The notes under the pieces: model-generated
What the model saw: only the letters and a program-made list of their open reading frames with translations
The model's database searches: none
What the model was told of the DNA's origin: nothing
Program-made: the position numbers and the translations under genes
DNA from: a bacterium
GTDB taxonomy: Bacteria > SAR324 > NAC60-12
Assembly (NCBI GenBank): GCA_965209155.1
Contig: OZ242383.1
Coordinates: forward strand, 1,312,001-1,376,000
Direction of reading: 5' to 3'
DNA length: 64,000 bases
Shown: one piece after another, positions 19,854 through 30,662 of the stretch
How positions within the stretch are numbered: the first letter of the stretch is position 1
How the letters are laid out: each line of letters begins with the position of its first letter

Positions 19854-20178
19854 ATCATTACTCCTGTTTTATTTCCGCTGTAAAGTTCACTGGAATTCAT
19901 CACAGGTTTTTATATAAGTTTTCCTGCCCGACTCCAGTTACCACTGATAAAATTGTATATAAAATTAGTATGCAAAAGTCGGGCGAACTTGTTAAGAAAC
20001 GAGTGCCGAATTGTCCACTAAACAACTTGGATTGAAATCTTTGTAGAAAAAAATCAATTTTTCGATAAGAATTTAAATCGTGCTTTATACGGTGTGCGCT
20101 GAGGAAAATGGGGACAAGGGAACATTGAATGTGATATACTCTCTGATTGGCACTTACGTATAGAATGAAAGGAACACT

Positions 20179-20913
20179 ATGTCCGGGATTCGTGTCCTCG
20201 TCAACGGCGCACAAGGAAGAATGGGTCGGGAAGCCAGTGAGGCAGTGGAAGCGGAAGAAGGGTTAAACCTGGTTGCCCGAACAGACTTGGGTGATGATTT
20301 GGGTCAGAGCATTATAGATTCCAAAGCGCATGTGGTGGTAGATTTTACCACAGCGTCTGACGTATTTGAGAATTCAAAAACAATCATTGCATCAGGTGCT
20401 CATCCTGTGATTGGTACCAGTGGATTATTGCCAGACCAGGTTAAAGAGTTGCAAAAACTCTCTGCTGCTAAAACCTTGGGGGGGTTAATCGCTCCCAATT
20501 TTGCGATTGGGGCGGTTTTGATGATGAAGTTTGCCAGGGAGGCAGTTCGCTATTTCCCAAATGTCGAAGTCATTGAATTGCACCATGATGGCAAAGCAGA
20601 TGCTCCTTCTGGAACTGCGGTCAAAACACTGGATATGCTCGCAGACGCGCGCGAGAAAATTCCACCTGCACGACAAGAGAAGGAAATTCTTCCAGGTGCG
20701 CGGGGGGCGAGTCAACACGAAATTCATGTCCATTCCGTTCGACTACCAGGATTGGTGGCCCATCAGGAAATATTGTTCGGTGGGAACGGTGAAACTTTAA
20801 CCATCCGCCATGACTCCCTTCATCGAATGTCCTTTATGACAGGGGTTTGTTTCGGTTGTAAAAAAGTTATTGAGTTGAATGAGCTTATTTACGGTCTGGA
20901 ACACCTCCTATGA
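20179..20913 (+). CDS. dapB: 4-hydroxy-tetrahydrodipicolinate reductase
   Basis: GAQGRMG, VDFT, APNFAIG, ELHH..KADAPSGTA, HSVRLPG. Confidence 0.96.
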   Translation: MSGIRVLVNGAQGRMGREASEAVEAEEGLNLVARTDLGDDLGQSIIDSKAHVVVDFTTASDVFENSKTIIASGAHPVIGTSGLLPDQVKELQKLSAAKTLGGLIAPNFAIGAVLMMKFAREAVRYFPNVEVIELHHDGKADAPSGTAVKTLDMLADAREKIPPARQEKEILPGARGASQHEIHVHSVRLPGLVAHQEILFGGNGETLTIRHDSLHRMSFMTGVCFGCKKVIELNELIYGLEHLL

Positions 20914-20961
20914 GATCAAATATTCTTTCTTCTGTTTGACCATTCAAGTTTAGAAAATTAT

Positions 20962-23634
20962 ATGAATGAACCGATTGCAAGTGCTTATAATCCAAAAGAT
21001 TTCGAAGATCGTATTTACCGAAGATGGGAAAGACACGGTTCTTTCAAAGCAGACGTCCACTCCGCAAAAAAGCCTTTCACCATTTCCCTGCCTCCTCCCA
21101 ATGCAACGGGGCAACTTCATGTTGGCCATGCAGTGGGGTTGGCGATAGAAGATGTCTTAATCCGTTGGCACCGGATGCTGGGGGATGAAGCTTTGTGGGT
21201 TCCGGGAACTGATCATGCAGCCATTGCAACAGAAAATCTGGTGATCAATATGCTTCAAACCAAGGAAGGGATCAACGATCCTCGTAAAGCATTAGGACGC
21301 GAAAAACTTTTAGAGAGGATTGCTCAATATGTTCAAGAATCCCGGGAGACAATCCGCAGTCAAATTCGTCTTATGGGGGCCAGTTGTGACTGGTCTCGCG
21401 AACGATATACCATGGACCCCCAACTCAATCGCTGCGTCAATCATATTTTTATCCGAATGTTTGAGGAAGGTTTGATTTATCGGGGTCATCGCATTGTCAA
21501 TTGGGACCATGTTCTGCAAACCACTATCTCCGATGATGAAATAGAACATGAAACCATCTCGGCAACCCTATATTACCTGAGATATGGACCTTTTGTAATC
21601 GCTACAAGCCGACCGGAAACAAAGCTCGCAGATACCGGGGTCGCCGTTCATCCCGACGATAAACGGTATCAGCAGTATTTGGGAAGGACGATTGAAGTGG
21701 AATGGCCAAAAGGCCCCGTCATACAGGTTAAAGTATTTGCTGATGAACGAGTTGATACCGATTTTGGCTCTGGGGTGATTGGGGTCACCCCAGGTCACAG
21801 CCAAGTCGATTTTCAAATGTCCAGGACCCACGATTTGAATGTAGTTCAAGTGATTGGCGAAGACGGTAAAATGCTGGAAACAGCCGGCGTTTATCAAGGC
21901 ATGACAGTCAAAGAATGCAGGGAGGCTTTTATAAAAGATCTTGAAGCGCATGGTTTGATTGAAAAAAAGGAAAGCTATGATCAACCGCTTTCCATTTGTT
22001 ACCGGTCTAAACAGCCCATTGAACCCCTTCCCAAAGAGCAGTGGTTCATAGATGTGAATCGGAACGTTATCGAATGGAAAGGAAAAAAGCAGAGTTTGAA
22101 GGAAATTTTGTTGGATGTAGTCCAATCCGGACAGATCCGGATCATACCGGAACGCTTTGAAGATACGTATTACCATTGGATTGAAAATTTGCAGGATTGG
22201 TGCATTTCACGGCAAATCTGGTGGGGGCATCGTATACCAATATGGTATCGTGGTTCTGAAATATGTCCCTTCCTCCAAACACCCGAAGAAGATGGCTGGT
22301 TTCAAGATCCGGATACTTTAGATACCTGGTTTTCTTCCGCATTATGGACTTGGAGTACTTTGATTGATCCGGAAGCGGCGCAAAATTATTCTTTCTCATT
22401 TGATGAAATGTTGGAGCACAGCGCAGACTTTCAAAAGTTTCACCCGACCCAGGTGATGGAAACCGGATACGATATTTTATTTTTTTGGGTAGCGCGAATG
22501 ATATTGATGACGGTTTACATGATCAGAGATATTCCATTCGAAACTGTTTATCTCCACGGATTGGTAAGAACTCGGGACGGTAAAAAAATGTCCAAATCCG
22601 ACCCGGATACCTGTATAGATCCGCTGGAAAGTATTGATATGTATGGTGCGGATGCACTCAGAATTGCTTTGATAAGTGGTACGGCACCCGGGATGGATTT
22701 GAGAATTTATCCGGAAAAATTGGAAAGTTGCCGACGTTTTGTAAATAAAATCTGGAACGCAGCACGTTTTGTTTTACTCACTATTCCCCCGGAAACACCA
22801 ATCGAGCCCCCATTGGATGTCAGGTTACCGGTTTCTCAATGGATCCTGCACCGGCTCAATGAAATTCTGGTTTCCGTACAAAAAAGCCTCGAAAATTTCC
22901 GTCTTTCCGATGTTATTGAAAATTTACGAACATTTTTATGGAGAGAATTTTGCGATTGGTATTTGGAAATGTCCAAAAACAAGCAACGCACGGACGAAGA
23001 CAATCAAGTGCTTGCATATACTTACACTACCCTGTTAAAGCTCCTGCATCCCTATATGCCCTTTGTCACTGAAGCACTCTGGGAAGAATTCAACGCCTCG
23101 GAGTTGTTGATTCGCTGCCCATGGCCCCAACCATTGGAAGCTCATCACTTCCCGGAAAGCGCGAACCGGATTTCACTGGTCCAACAAGTGATTGTTCAAA
23201 TCCGTACGTTACGAGAGCAAGCCGGCATTGGCCTTAATGTAAAAAGTAGCGCGCGTATTTACTCGGAAAAACATGCATCACTCTTCCAGGAACATGAAGC
23301 GATTATTAAACAATTGGCACGTCTGGAAAATCTGTACGTTGAACCCCGCAAACCGGATTTGAGCCATAATTCGTTGAGTTCATATTTTGAAGACACTGTG
23401 GTGAGAATAGAAGCTTCTGTTATAGATTGGCAGGAAGAAATTGAAAAATTGAACAAAAAGTTACGGAAAGAAGAAAAATTTCTGCTTCAAAGTCGTAAAA
23501 AACTAAAGAACGACCAGTTTTTAAAGAAGGCTCCGGAACATGTCATTTCTCAGTTACGAGACAAGGTTGATTCCAAAGCAAAATTGATCGGTGCCCTGGA
23601 ACAGCAAATTTTGAAGTTCGAGAATCGGAATTGA
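20962..23634 (+). CDS. valS: Valine--tRNA ligase
   Basis: PPPNATG.LHVGH, GTDHAAIAT, DWCISRQIWWGHRIP, KMSKS, C-terminal coiled coil. Confidence 0.96.
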   Translation: MNEPIASAYNPKDFEDRIYRRWERHGSFKADVHSAKKPFTISLPPPNATGQLHVGHAVGLAIEDVLIRWHRMLGDEALWVPGTDHAAIATENLVINMLQTKEGINDPRKALGREKLLERIAQYVQESRETIRSQIRLMGASCDWSRERYTMDPQLNRCVNHIFIRMFEEGLIYRGHRIVNWDHVLQTTISDDEIEHETISATLYYLRYGPFVIATSRPETKLADTGVAVHPDDKRYQQYLGRTIEVEWPKGPVIQVKVFADERVDTDFGSGVIGVTPGHSQVDFQMSRTHDLNVVQVIGEDGKMLETAGVYQGMTVKECREAFIKDLEAHGLIEKKESYDQPLSICYRSKQPIEPLPKEQWFIDVNRNVIEWKGKKQSLKEILLDVVQSGQIRIIPERFEDTYYHWIENLQDWCISRQIWWGHRIPIWYRGSEICPFLQTPEEDGWFQDPDTLDTWFSSALWTWSTLIDPEAAQNYSFSFDEMLEHSADFQKFHPTQVMETGYDILFFWVARMILMTVYMIRDIPFETVYLHGLVRTRDGKKMSKSDPDTCIDPLESIDMYGADALRIALISGTAPGMDLRIYPEKLESCRRFVNKIWNAARFVLLTIPPETPIEPPLDVRLPVSQWILHRLNEILVSVQKSLENFRLSDVIENLRTFLWREFCDWYLEMSKNKQRTDEDNQVLAYTYTTLLKLLHPYMPFVTEALWEEFNASELLIRCPWPQPLEAHHFPESANRISLVQQVIVQIRTLREQAGIGLNVKSSARIYSEKHASLFQEHEAIIKQLARLENLYVEPRKPDLSHNSLSSYFEDTVVRIEASVIDWQEEIEKLNKKLRKEEKFLLQSRKKLKNDQFLKKAPEHVISQLRDKVDSKAKLIGALEQQILKFENRN

Positions 23635-23636
23635 TA

Positions 23637-24578
23637 ATGTCCGGACCCATTCGAACTGCAGTGATTGGAGTAGGATACCTGGGGAGATTCCATGCGCAAA
23701 AGTATGCCCAACTCGAAGGTTGCGATTTAGTCGGAGTGGTGGACAAGGATTTGGCCAGGGCCCAATTTGTGGGCAAAGAATTGTCAGTGCCTTTTTACCA
23801 GGGTTGCGATGCTTTGCTGAATCGGGTGGATGCCGTCAGTATCGCCGTTCCCACTAAAGATCACTACCAGTTGGCAAAAATCTTCATGGAGCATGGCGTT
23901 CATGTTTTGGTGGAAAAACCATTTACGGCTACGCTGGATCAAGCGAGAGAATTAATCAGTCTTTCACATTCGCATCGTGTTCATCTTCAAGTTGGACACT
24001 TGGAACGTTTCAATATAGTTTTTTCAGAGTTCCAAGGACTGGTCGATTGTCCTCAATACATCGAATGTATCCGTATTTCCAAGTTTCGGAAACGAGGAAC
24101 CGATATCGACGTGATTCTGGATTTGATGATTCATGATATCGACCTCGTGCTCACTCTGCTTAAACAAGAACCTGTTGCAGTGGATAGCGTCGGAACTTCC
24201 GTACTGACGAGTGAAGTCGACCTGGCCAACGCCAGAATGAAATTTTCCAATGGATGTGTTACCAATTTTGTAGCCAGCCGTGTCTCCGATAAGTCAGAAC
24301 GGAAGATGCGGATTTTCCAGAAGGGTTTGTACCTCTCTTTAGACTATGGAACGGGAAACGTACGCAAACTAGAAATAAATCCTGGAGATCAATTGCAGGA
24401 TGATGATTTGAAGCCGAAAGAATTTCAACTGGAAAAAAACGATTCCTTGCTGGAAGAAATTCGTAGTTTCATCCTTTCAATCCAGCACCAATCCCCACCT
24501 TTGGTTACCGCAGAAGCAGGACTGAAAACCATGGAAGTGGCATGGAAAATTAAATCACAAATGCAACATTCGACTTAA
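23637..24578 (+). CDS. Gfo/Idh/MocA family oxidoreductase
   Basis: GVGYLGRFH, HVLVEKP, VGHLERFN, DLMIHDID. Confidence 0.9.
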   Translation: MSGPIRTAVIGVGYLGRFHAQKYAQLEGCDLVGVVDKDLARAQFVGKELSVPFYQGCDALLNRVDAVSIAVPTKDHYQLAKIFMEHGVHVLVEKPFTATLDQARELISLSHSHRVHLQVGHLERFNIVFSEFQGLVDCPQYIECIRISKFRKRGTDIDVILDLMIHDIDLVLTLLKQEPVAVDSVGTSVLTSEVDLANARMKFSNGCVTNFVASRVSDKSERKMRIFQKGLYLSLDYGTGNVRKLEINPGDQLQDDDLKPKEFQLEKNDSLLEEIRSFILSIQHQSPPLVTAEAGLKTMEVAWKIKSQMQHST

Positions 24579-24604
24579 AAATTGACGATCATCGGATACT
24601 GGTC

Positions 24605-25261
24605 ATGAAAAACTCTTTTTATTTATTGATAATATTTGTAATCGGAATTCCAGGAGGATCTCTCATCCAGGCAGCAGATACTGATATCCTGGATCAAATA
24701 CAGCAACGCTATCAAACAATTTCCAGTTTTCAGGGAAAATTTGCGCAAAGCAACTATATCGCCCAAAGGCAGGAACCACGTCAAGCATCTGGTGTGGTCA
24801 CCTATGCCCGTCCTGGGAAGATGCGCTGGAACTATCATGAACCGGACGAGCAACTCCTGGTCACCAATGGCACGACTTTGTGGCTTTTTGATCCAATCCT
24901 GGAAAATGTCACGGTTCAATCTCTGAAGGAGGTCACGCCCGGCACCACTCTTTCTTTTTTACTGGGAGTGGGGAATCTGAAAAATGACTTTGAACGTCGC
25001 CCCTTGACACGGGATTTGATCAACGCGCCTGACATGCTCATCGTCGAACTCAAACCCAAAAACAACATTGCCGCCCTTGATTTCATTCAACTGGCAGTAG
25101 ATCCTGAAACCTTCGACTTCAATCAAATTGCTCTGGTGGATATGCAAGGAAATTACCGATTGATTGCTTTTCAGGACATGCAATACAATCTCGCTTTGGA
25201 TATGAGCCAATTCAATTTTGAAATCAGAGAAGGCATGGAAGTCATCGAGGCTAACCAGTAA
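24605..25261 (+). CDS. lolA: Outer membrane lipoprotein carrier protein LolA
   Basis: Signal peptide; F.Q, RPGKMRW.Y..P.EQLLV.NG..LW.FDP. Confidence 0.88.
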   Translation: MKNSFYLLIIFVIGIPGGSLIQAADTDILDQIQQRYQTISSFQGKFAQSNYIAQRQEPRQASGVVTYARPGKMRWNYHEPDEQLLVTNGTTLWLFDPILENVTVQSLKEVTPGTTLSFLLGVGNLKNDFERRPLTRDLINAPDMLIVELKPKNNIAALDFIQLAVDPETFDFNQIALVDMQGNYRLIAFQDMQYNLALDMSQFNFEIREGMEVIEANQ

Positions 25262-25342
25262 CCCCTTACGAATCAATAAACCATGAGTCTTTTAAAATCT
25301 TCTTTGGGCGAGAATGATGAATTACGAAAGATCAGGGGAAAC

Positions 25343-26098
25343 ATGCCACGAAGCGATGGGCGTGATCCAGGTGAACCACGTCCTGTACGCATCGTTACGG
25401 ATTTCACTATGCACGCGCAAGGCTCTGTGTTTGTTGAATCGGGAAACACCAAAGTGCTTTGCACCGCATGTCTGGTAGATGGTGTGCCTGCCTTCTTGCG
25501 CGGAACCGGAAGTGGTTGGTTGACTTCGGAGTATAGAATGCTTCCCAGTTCGACCAAGACACGAAAAAAAAGAGATTCTTCCGGAAATACCGATGGCCGA
25601 AATCAGGAAATCCAAAGACTTATTGGTCGATCTTTGCGATCTGTCGTCAATTTGGATTTTATTGGCGAACGAACCATATGGATCGATTGTGACGTGATTC
25701 AAGCAGATGGTGGAACCCGAACGGCTGCGATCACAGGAGGGTTTGTGGCTCTGGTGCTTGCATTGCGGCGTCTTTACGACGAAAAGAAGATAAAGAGAAT
25801 TCCTGTTACCCGGTATCTGTCCGCGATCAGTGTCGGCATTGTCAAAGGGCGTCCACTGCTGGATTTGAATTACGAAGAAGACAGCCAGGCGGAAGTCGAC
25901 TTGAATGTGGTGATGCTCGAAAACCGCTCCCTCATTGAAGTCCAGGGGAATGCGGAAGGAAAACCCTTTTCCCGGCAGGATATCAATACGATGCTGGACT
26001 ATGCGGAAAAAGGATTGACGCAACATTTTGCCACGCAAAAAAAAGCTCTGGATGGCTATTTGATAAAGCGGGTTGAAAATCAAACCAAACAGGATTAA
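25343..26098 (+). CDS. rph: Ribonuclease PH (alternative start 25283)
   Basis: RSDGR, GNTKVLCTA, EIQRLIGRSLR, QADGGTRTAAITG, LDLNYEED. Confidence 0.96.
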   Translation: MPRSDGRDPGEPRPVRIVTDFTMHAQGSVFVESGNTKVLCTACLVDGVPAFLRGTGSGWLTSEYRMLPSSTKTRKKRDSSGNTDGRNQEIQRLIGRSLRSVVNLDFIGERTIWIDCDVIQADGGTRTAAITGGFVALVLALRRLYDEKKIKRIPVTRYLSAISVGIVKGRPLLDLNYEEDSQAEVDLNVVMLENRSLIEVQGNAEGKPFSRQDINTMLDYAEKGLTQHFATQKKALDGYLIKRVENQTKQD

Positions 26099-26971
26099 AT
26101 GCTCCTTTCCCCAATTTTCACCTTTGAGACCTACCGTCCGTATATTTTTTCTTTAAAAGTTCCAGGTATTGAACTCACTTTGGAACCGCGATTTTATGGC
26201 TTGTTTTACGCCATCGCCATCGTTGCCGGTTATAAAATCCTGTTGTCGGAGTCGATTCGTCGCAATTTAGGTTTGAATGCGGATCAAGCAATGAATTGCA
26301 CGCTTTTTCTCTTCTTGGGAGGTTTGCTGGGAGGACGAATTTACGAAGTTTTTTTTGAATGGAATACGTTTTATGCTTACAGACCATGGTGGGAAGTATT
26401 TGCTATCTGGCGTGGAGGTTTGGCAATTCACGGTGGTATTTTGGGAGGGTTGATTGCAGTGTATTTTTATACCCGCTTTAAAAACCTGCGCTTTCTGGAA
26501 ATTGCCGACATTGGCGCTTTGGGCATCGTATTGGGACAAGCGATTGGAAGGTGGGGCAATTTTACCAATGGTGAAGCGGCGGGACCGGTTACGAATTTTT
26601 GGACCGGGGTTGTTTTCCCTCCCGGTTCTCCAACATACCTTTATGCCCAAGGTAAACCGGTACATCCCACCATGATTTATGAATCGATTGCGAATTTGAT
26701 CATTTTTACAGTTTTGTGGAGGTTGCGATTGAAGAATTTTCGCCCGGGAATGCTCCTGGCCTTGTATTTGATTTTTTATTCATTGTTACGGACTCTCCTC
26801 ACACCGTTACGGATGGACAATCAATATTTCACATTCATGGGAATCAAACTATTGGCTCCCTATACTGCTGGCGCAATCCTCACTATTGCTGCCATTTCCC
26901 TGATTTGGACGTGCAAACTTTGGAAACAGGAAAACCCGCTCTCTCACACCAATCCTCCCTCGTCCAAGTAA
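26099..26971 (+). CDS. lgt: Prolipoprotein diacylglyceryl transferase
   Basis: GGLAIHGG, GQAIGRWGNF.N.E, HPTMIYE. Confidence 0.95.
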   Translation: MLLSPIFTFETYRPYIFSLKVPGIELTLEPRFYGLFYAIAIVAGYKILLSESIRRNLGLNADQAMNCTLFLFLGGLLGGRIYEVFFEWNTFYAYRPWWEVFAIWRGGLAIHGGILGGLIAVYFYTRFKNLRFLEIADIGALGIVLGQAIGRWGNFTNGEAAGPVTNFWTGVVFPPGSPTYLYAQGKPVHPTMIYESIANLIIFTVLWRLRLKNFRPGMLLALYLIFYSLLRTLLTPLRMDNQYFTFMGIKLLAPYTAGAILTIAAISLIWTCKLWKQENPLSHTNPPSSK

Positions 26972-26994
26972 GTGATCCGATCGAAACTCTCTCA

Positions 26995-27162
26995 TCAGAC
27001 GATGGACCCAGAATAAGCCAATTGGTTATCGATTTCTGTATGGCGTGGAACTGCCGAACGTGTATTCAAAATAGGATTATGCCACCAAGAATGATTACCA
27101 CCTTCCCGAAGGAGTTCACATCCATGCTTGCGCAAATATTTGATCAATTCATTGCGTTTCAT
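26995..27162 (-). CDS. hicA: HicA family toxin (55 aa, C-terminus possibly truncated); absent from the ORF track
   Basis: Manual translation MKRNELIKYLRKHGCELLREGGNHSWWHNP...SAVPRHTEI; ATGA overlap with the hicB stop. Confidence 0.8.
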   Translation of the reverse strand: MKRNELIKYLRKHGCELLREGGNHSWWHNPILNTRSAVPRHTEIDNQLAYSGSIV

Positions 27163-27371
27163 AACGCAATTCGTTCTTCTTGGAAGTTGCCTTTTGCAGC
27201 AGAGATTGCATCCTGCTTGTTAAACTCTAAAACTTCCCGTAAAGTAATTCTTAAACTGTCCAGTAATTCTTCTCTCGTTGCTTCTTGGCAATTGACCCCA
27301 GGGATTTCCTCAATCCAGCCAATCCACCAATCTCCTGATTGTTTGATGATTGCAGTATATTCATTATTCAT
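27159..27371 (-). CDS. hicB: HicB family antitoxin
   Basis: YTAIIKQSGDWWIGWIEEIPGVNCQE.TREEL. Confidence 0.85.
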   Translation of the reverse strand: MNNEYTAIIKQSGDWWIGWIEEIPGVNCQEATREELLDSLRITLREVLEFNKQDAISAAKGNFQEERIAL

Positions 27372-27788
27372 AAATTCCCTGATGCTTTTTAGATGATTCA
27401 ATACACAATTTTTGCTCTGTTAATAATTCTCCTTATCCCAATAAAAGTTATTACCATCTAATTCTTTCACAGTCCAGACTCTACTGCCCATTGCTTGACA
27501 AACTGAAGCTCTGGTGACTCTTCCATTTTTTCTAGTGGCATTCCCGCAACTTCTATTCCTTTACTCAAGAGAATTTCTAAATGATTGAAGCACTTGCTCC
27601 AATTGATCGAACCTCTTTTCATCCACCAGCCGTTTTTTCCCCTAACCGACCCCTGGACTCAAACTGGTCGTCGCCTTCATCAGGGCCTCTTGTTTTTCAC
27701 AAGAGGGCCAACGATCAAAATAGGCCTTCACCCCTTCTGAGGCATCAAAAAGTTAAAGAATTTCTGCTGGTCTCTCTTTTTCTCTTGG

Positions 27789-28108
27789 GATAGTTTTCAA
27801 GAAATTGCCTTTGGCTGAAGGTTTTTAAGAATTTCTGCTGGTCTTTCTATTTCTTTTTTGATAATTTTCAACGAAATCAGCCTTTGGCTGATGGAAGGGC
27901 AATATTGATAGATTTCAAGAAATCGCCTTTGGCCGAAGGGTTTATTTCAATGTCGCTCCAATTTATTTAGCCGAAAGTCATGTAAAACCTCAAATCCTCA
28001 CCAGAGGATTTTTAGAAACGGTCAACGGGGAATGGAAAATTGCTAAAAATGTTGACTTCTGTATCTCAATATGAAAAGTAATTTCGTTGATCTATAGAAG
28101 ACACTCAT
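27789..28108 (+). repeat. Conserved non-coding leader module B; second copy 38488-38767, partial copy ~43461-43558
   Basis: Shared blocks tttcaa-gaaat.gcctt.ggc.gaagg, atcctcaccagaggattttt, ggtcaacggggaat, aatgttgacttc, gaagacactcat. Confidence 0.75.
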
Positions 28109-28118
28109 AAAGGAGGTC

Positions 28119-28298
28119 GTTATGAAACGAACATTATCTTTTTCGAGCGATATTCCTGTGTATCTTAAGAAATTTCTGGCCCGATTTGTTGGGCTGACCG
28201 TGGCAGGCGTCGTGTCTGCTGCGAAAATCCGATTCGCCCTGAGACGGGTGAATCATTCCTGAAACCCTCAAATGAAAGAGGTAAATATGAGTTTTATA
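28119..28298 (+). pseudogene. Decapitated SBP 5' region (34-aa leader ORF plus first 4 codons), interrupted by IS66
   Basis: ~180-bp near-identical copy of 32770-32949; the IS66 IR begins right after ATGAGTTTTATA. Confidence 0.75.
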
Positions 28299-29902
28299 GT
28301 AACTATTTAGGATTCTTTAGATCCCCCATTGATTTAAGCACAGATTTTGCATGGCATAAAGTCCAGAAAGGACATTATGCTCTCGAAAGTTCATAAGTAT
28401 ATTCATTCCATTTCATCGACAGCCCCCCTTGAGGCTCTTCAAGAAGCCTGTCAACTCTTTGAAAAAGAACGGGAGCAATGGAAGAAAGAGCGATTAAAAC
28501 TCCTCGAACGTCTCGAAATAGAAAATAAGCGTATTGAAGCGCTCGAAGCAGAAAATAAGCAACTTCGGGATCAGCTGGCTCTCAACAGCCAAAACTCAAG
28601 TAAACCTCCTTCCACCGATCAAAGTCGAAAGAACAAAAGCTTACGTAAAAGCAGGGGTCGCTCTCGCGGAGGTCAACCCGGTCATAAAGGCCATCATTTG
28701 TCTTTCAGTGAATCACCAGATCATGTGGAGCCTCATTTTGTCAACACCTGTGAAACCTGTGGAGAAGATTTATCCAAGGTGGCGGTTGAGGCCACGCATA
28801 AACGTCAGGTCTTTGATCTCCCTGCTCTCCAATTAGAGGTTACTGAACACCAGGTGGAACAAAAAATTTGTCCCTGCTGCCGGCATCTGAATCACTCGAG
28901 CTTTCCAGCAGGGATAGAGGGACCCACTCAATATGGTCCCCGGATCAAAGGCTTAGCGGTTTATCTCAATCAATATCAGTTTCTGCCCTTTGATCGATGC
29001 CAGCAATTCTTTGAGGATCTGTTCGGCCAGCCGCTCAATGCGGCCACGATTTATGCTAGCCTCCAGCAAGCCGCCCAGAGGCTTTATCCCTTCCAACAAC
29101 AAGTGGCTGAAGCTCTGATTCAAGCGGAGGTGGTTCATTTTGATGAAACCTCTTTGTTTGAAAACAAACAACGTCGCTGGCTTCATTCAGCCTCTACCGA
29201 AGAGCTGACCTTTTATTTTATCCACGACAAACGGGGTCAAGCCGGAATGGATGCTGCCGGTATCCTGCCTCAGTTTGAAAAGACAGCTATTCATGATCAC
29301 TGGGAGAGCTACCAGCATTATGAGTGTGATCATGGCTTTTGCAATGCGCATCATTTACGTGAACTCTCTCGGGCCTATGAACAAGAAAAGGCCTTGTGGG
29401 CTCAGGAGATGAGCGCCTTACTGGTAGAGATCAAAGAGCAAGTAGACCAAGCCAAGTTCAAAGAACAATCTGCTTTGAGTCCAATCCAACTGGATCACTT
29501 CCGCCAACGCTATCGTGATATCACCCAAGAAGCCCTTGAGCTCTATCCTCCCCCTCCTCAAACAAAGAAACGAGGACGCCCCAAACAGAGCAAAGCCAAA
29601 AATTTACTCGATCGCTTGATCCTCTATGAAAAGGAAAGCTTGTTATTCATGGATGACTTCCGGGTTCCTTTTGACAACAACCAAGCCGAGAGAGATATCC
29701 GCATGGTCAAATTGAAACAAAAAATCTCAGGCGGCTTCCGAACTGCTGAAGGAACGCAGGCTTTTTGTATCATCCGAGGAGCCATTTCCACTACCAGAAA
29801 ACAGGGGAAATCCATCCTCGAGTTGCTCACTCAGGCTTTGCATCCTTCACATGCTCCTCTTTGTTACTGAAACTCTCCTTTTTTTAAACGTTCCGCCCCC
29901 TG
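28299..29902 (+). mobile_element. IS66 family element (single-ORF ISBst12-like); right end missing
   Basis: Left IR GTAACTATTTAG at 28299; transposase follows; no right IR before the IS5 remnant. Confidence 0.85.
28377..29870 (+). CDS. IS66 family transposase
   Basis: NSQNSSKPPS.D, GGQPGHKG, CxxC zinc finger, HFDET, CNAHHLREL, FDNNQAERDIR. Confidence 0.95.
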   Translation: MLSKVHKYIHSISSTAPLEALQEACQLFEKEREQWKKERLKLLERLEIENKRIEALEAENKQLRDQLALNSQNSSKPPSTDQSRKNKSLRKSRGRSRGGQPGHKGHHLSFSESPDHVEPHFVNTCETCGEDLSKVAVEATHKRQVFDLPALQLEVTEHQVEQKICPCCRHLNHSSFPAGIEGPTQYGPRIKGLAVYLNQYQFLPFDRCQQFFEDLFGQPLNAATIYASLQQAAQRLYPFQQQVAEALIQAEVVHFDETSLFENKQRRWLHSASTEELTFYFIHDKRGQAGMDAAGILPQFEKTAIHDHWESYQHYECDHGFCNAHHLRELSRAYEQEKALWAQEMSALLVEIKEQVDQAKFKEQSALSPIQLDHFRQRYRDITQEALELYPPPPQTKKRGRPKQSKAKNLLDRLILYEKESLLFMDDFRVPFDNNQAERDIRMVKLKQKISGGFRTAEGTQAFCIIRGAISTTRKQGKSILELLTQALHPSHAPLCY

Positions 29903-29903
29903 C

Positions 29904-30119
29904 GTGGCCAAAAGTATTCATAGCAAACGTAGCATCGTCAATGCGATTTTGTATGTCCTGAAAACGGCTTGTCAGTGGAGCATGCTTGCCCATGATTTAC
30001 CTCCCTGGCAAAGCGTTTACGATCATTATCGCCGTTGGAAAAAACGCTGGATTGTGGAGCGAACATTCGCTTTTTGGCTCATGCCGAAGATGGACCGCAA
30101 TATATTTTTTTATAGCTGA
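29904..30119 (+). pseudogene. Internally deleted IS5-family transposase remnant
   Basis: N-terminal IVNAILYVLKTACQW..L..DLPPWQSVY joined directly to C-terminal KRWIVERTFA. Confidence 0.8.
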
Positions 30120-30251
30120 CCTCCATTGTTGCGCAATTCTCCTGATCCAAACTTGCTATAGGCTTTGCGCCGCGTAGTAGTGCTGAAATCGTGCCTTGTT
30201 GTTGCGGGGAAGGAGAGGATTTCCGCTCGTTTGATTCAAAATCAGCTGTGG

Positions 30252-30662
30252 GAGGATTCCCGCTCGATCGATTGAACAATACCCTGGGAGGATGTGAAAA
30301 CGATGGATCCTTCCCGGGAATCTTTTTTCAATGTTATTGAACTGAACGGCTTCTGACTGTCCCCGGATTTGAGCAGATTTATTGATTTTTTGTTTTTTTT
30401 TTGCAAATCCCGCATTTATTTTACCTCAGGGGATTGACATTGCGTTTTTTTGTGTTATAATCCTGCCATCGCTAAGTTGTTTTAGCGAATGAGAGGGTTC
30501 CCGATCGATGGAACAATATCGTGAGAGGACTTGAAAACGATCGATCCTCTCCGGGAATCTTTTTTAAACGATATTGAACTAAACGGCTTCTGACTGTCCC
30601 CGGATTTGAGTAGATTTATTGATTTTTTGTTTTTTTTTGCGAATCCCGAATTTATTTTACAT
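30252..30662 (+). repeat. Tandem ~237-bp repeat units 1-2; unit 3 at 32155-32335 is displaced by ISKra4
   Basis: gatcgat.gaacaata at 30266 and 30503 (period 237), again at ~32231. Confidence 0.85.
30434..30461 (+). promoter_or_regulatory. Consensus sigma70 promoter with extended -10, inside the repeat
   Basis: TTGACA-16 nt-TATAAT, with TG one base upstream of the -10. Confidence 0.7.

Noticed and set aside
19854..20178. Possible lysine riboswitch or ORF upstream of dapB
   Set aside because: No recognisable lysine riboswitch motifs; the 104-aa ORF has no homology signal.
25322..26083. 253-aa antisense ORF and other long shadow ORFs (e.g. 26716-27396, 50323-50964, 62098-62709)
   Set aside because: They overlap well-supported genes and have no recognisable motifs.
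30252..30662. Possible CRISPR array or leader
   Set aside because: Units are ~237 bp with no short repeat/unique spacer alternation, and there are no cas genes.
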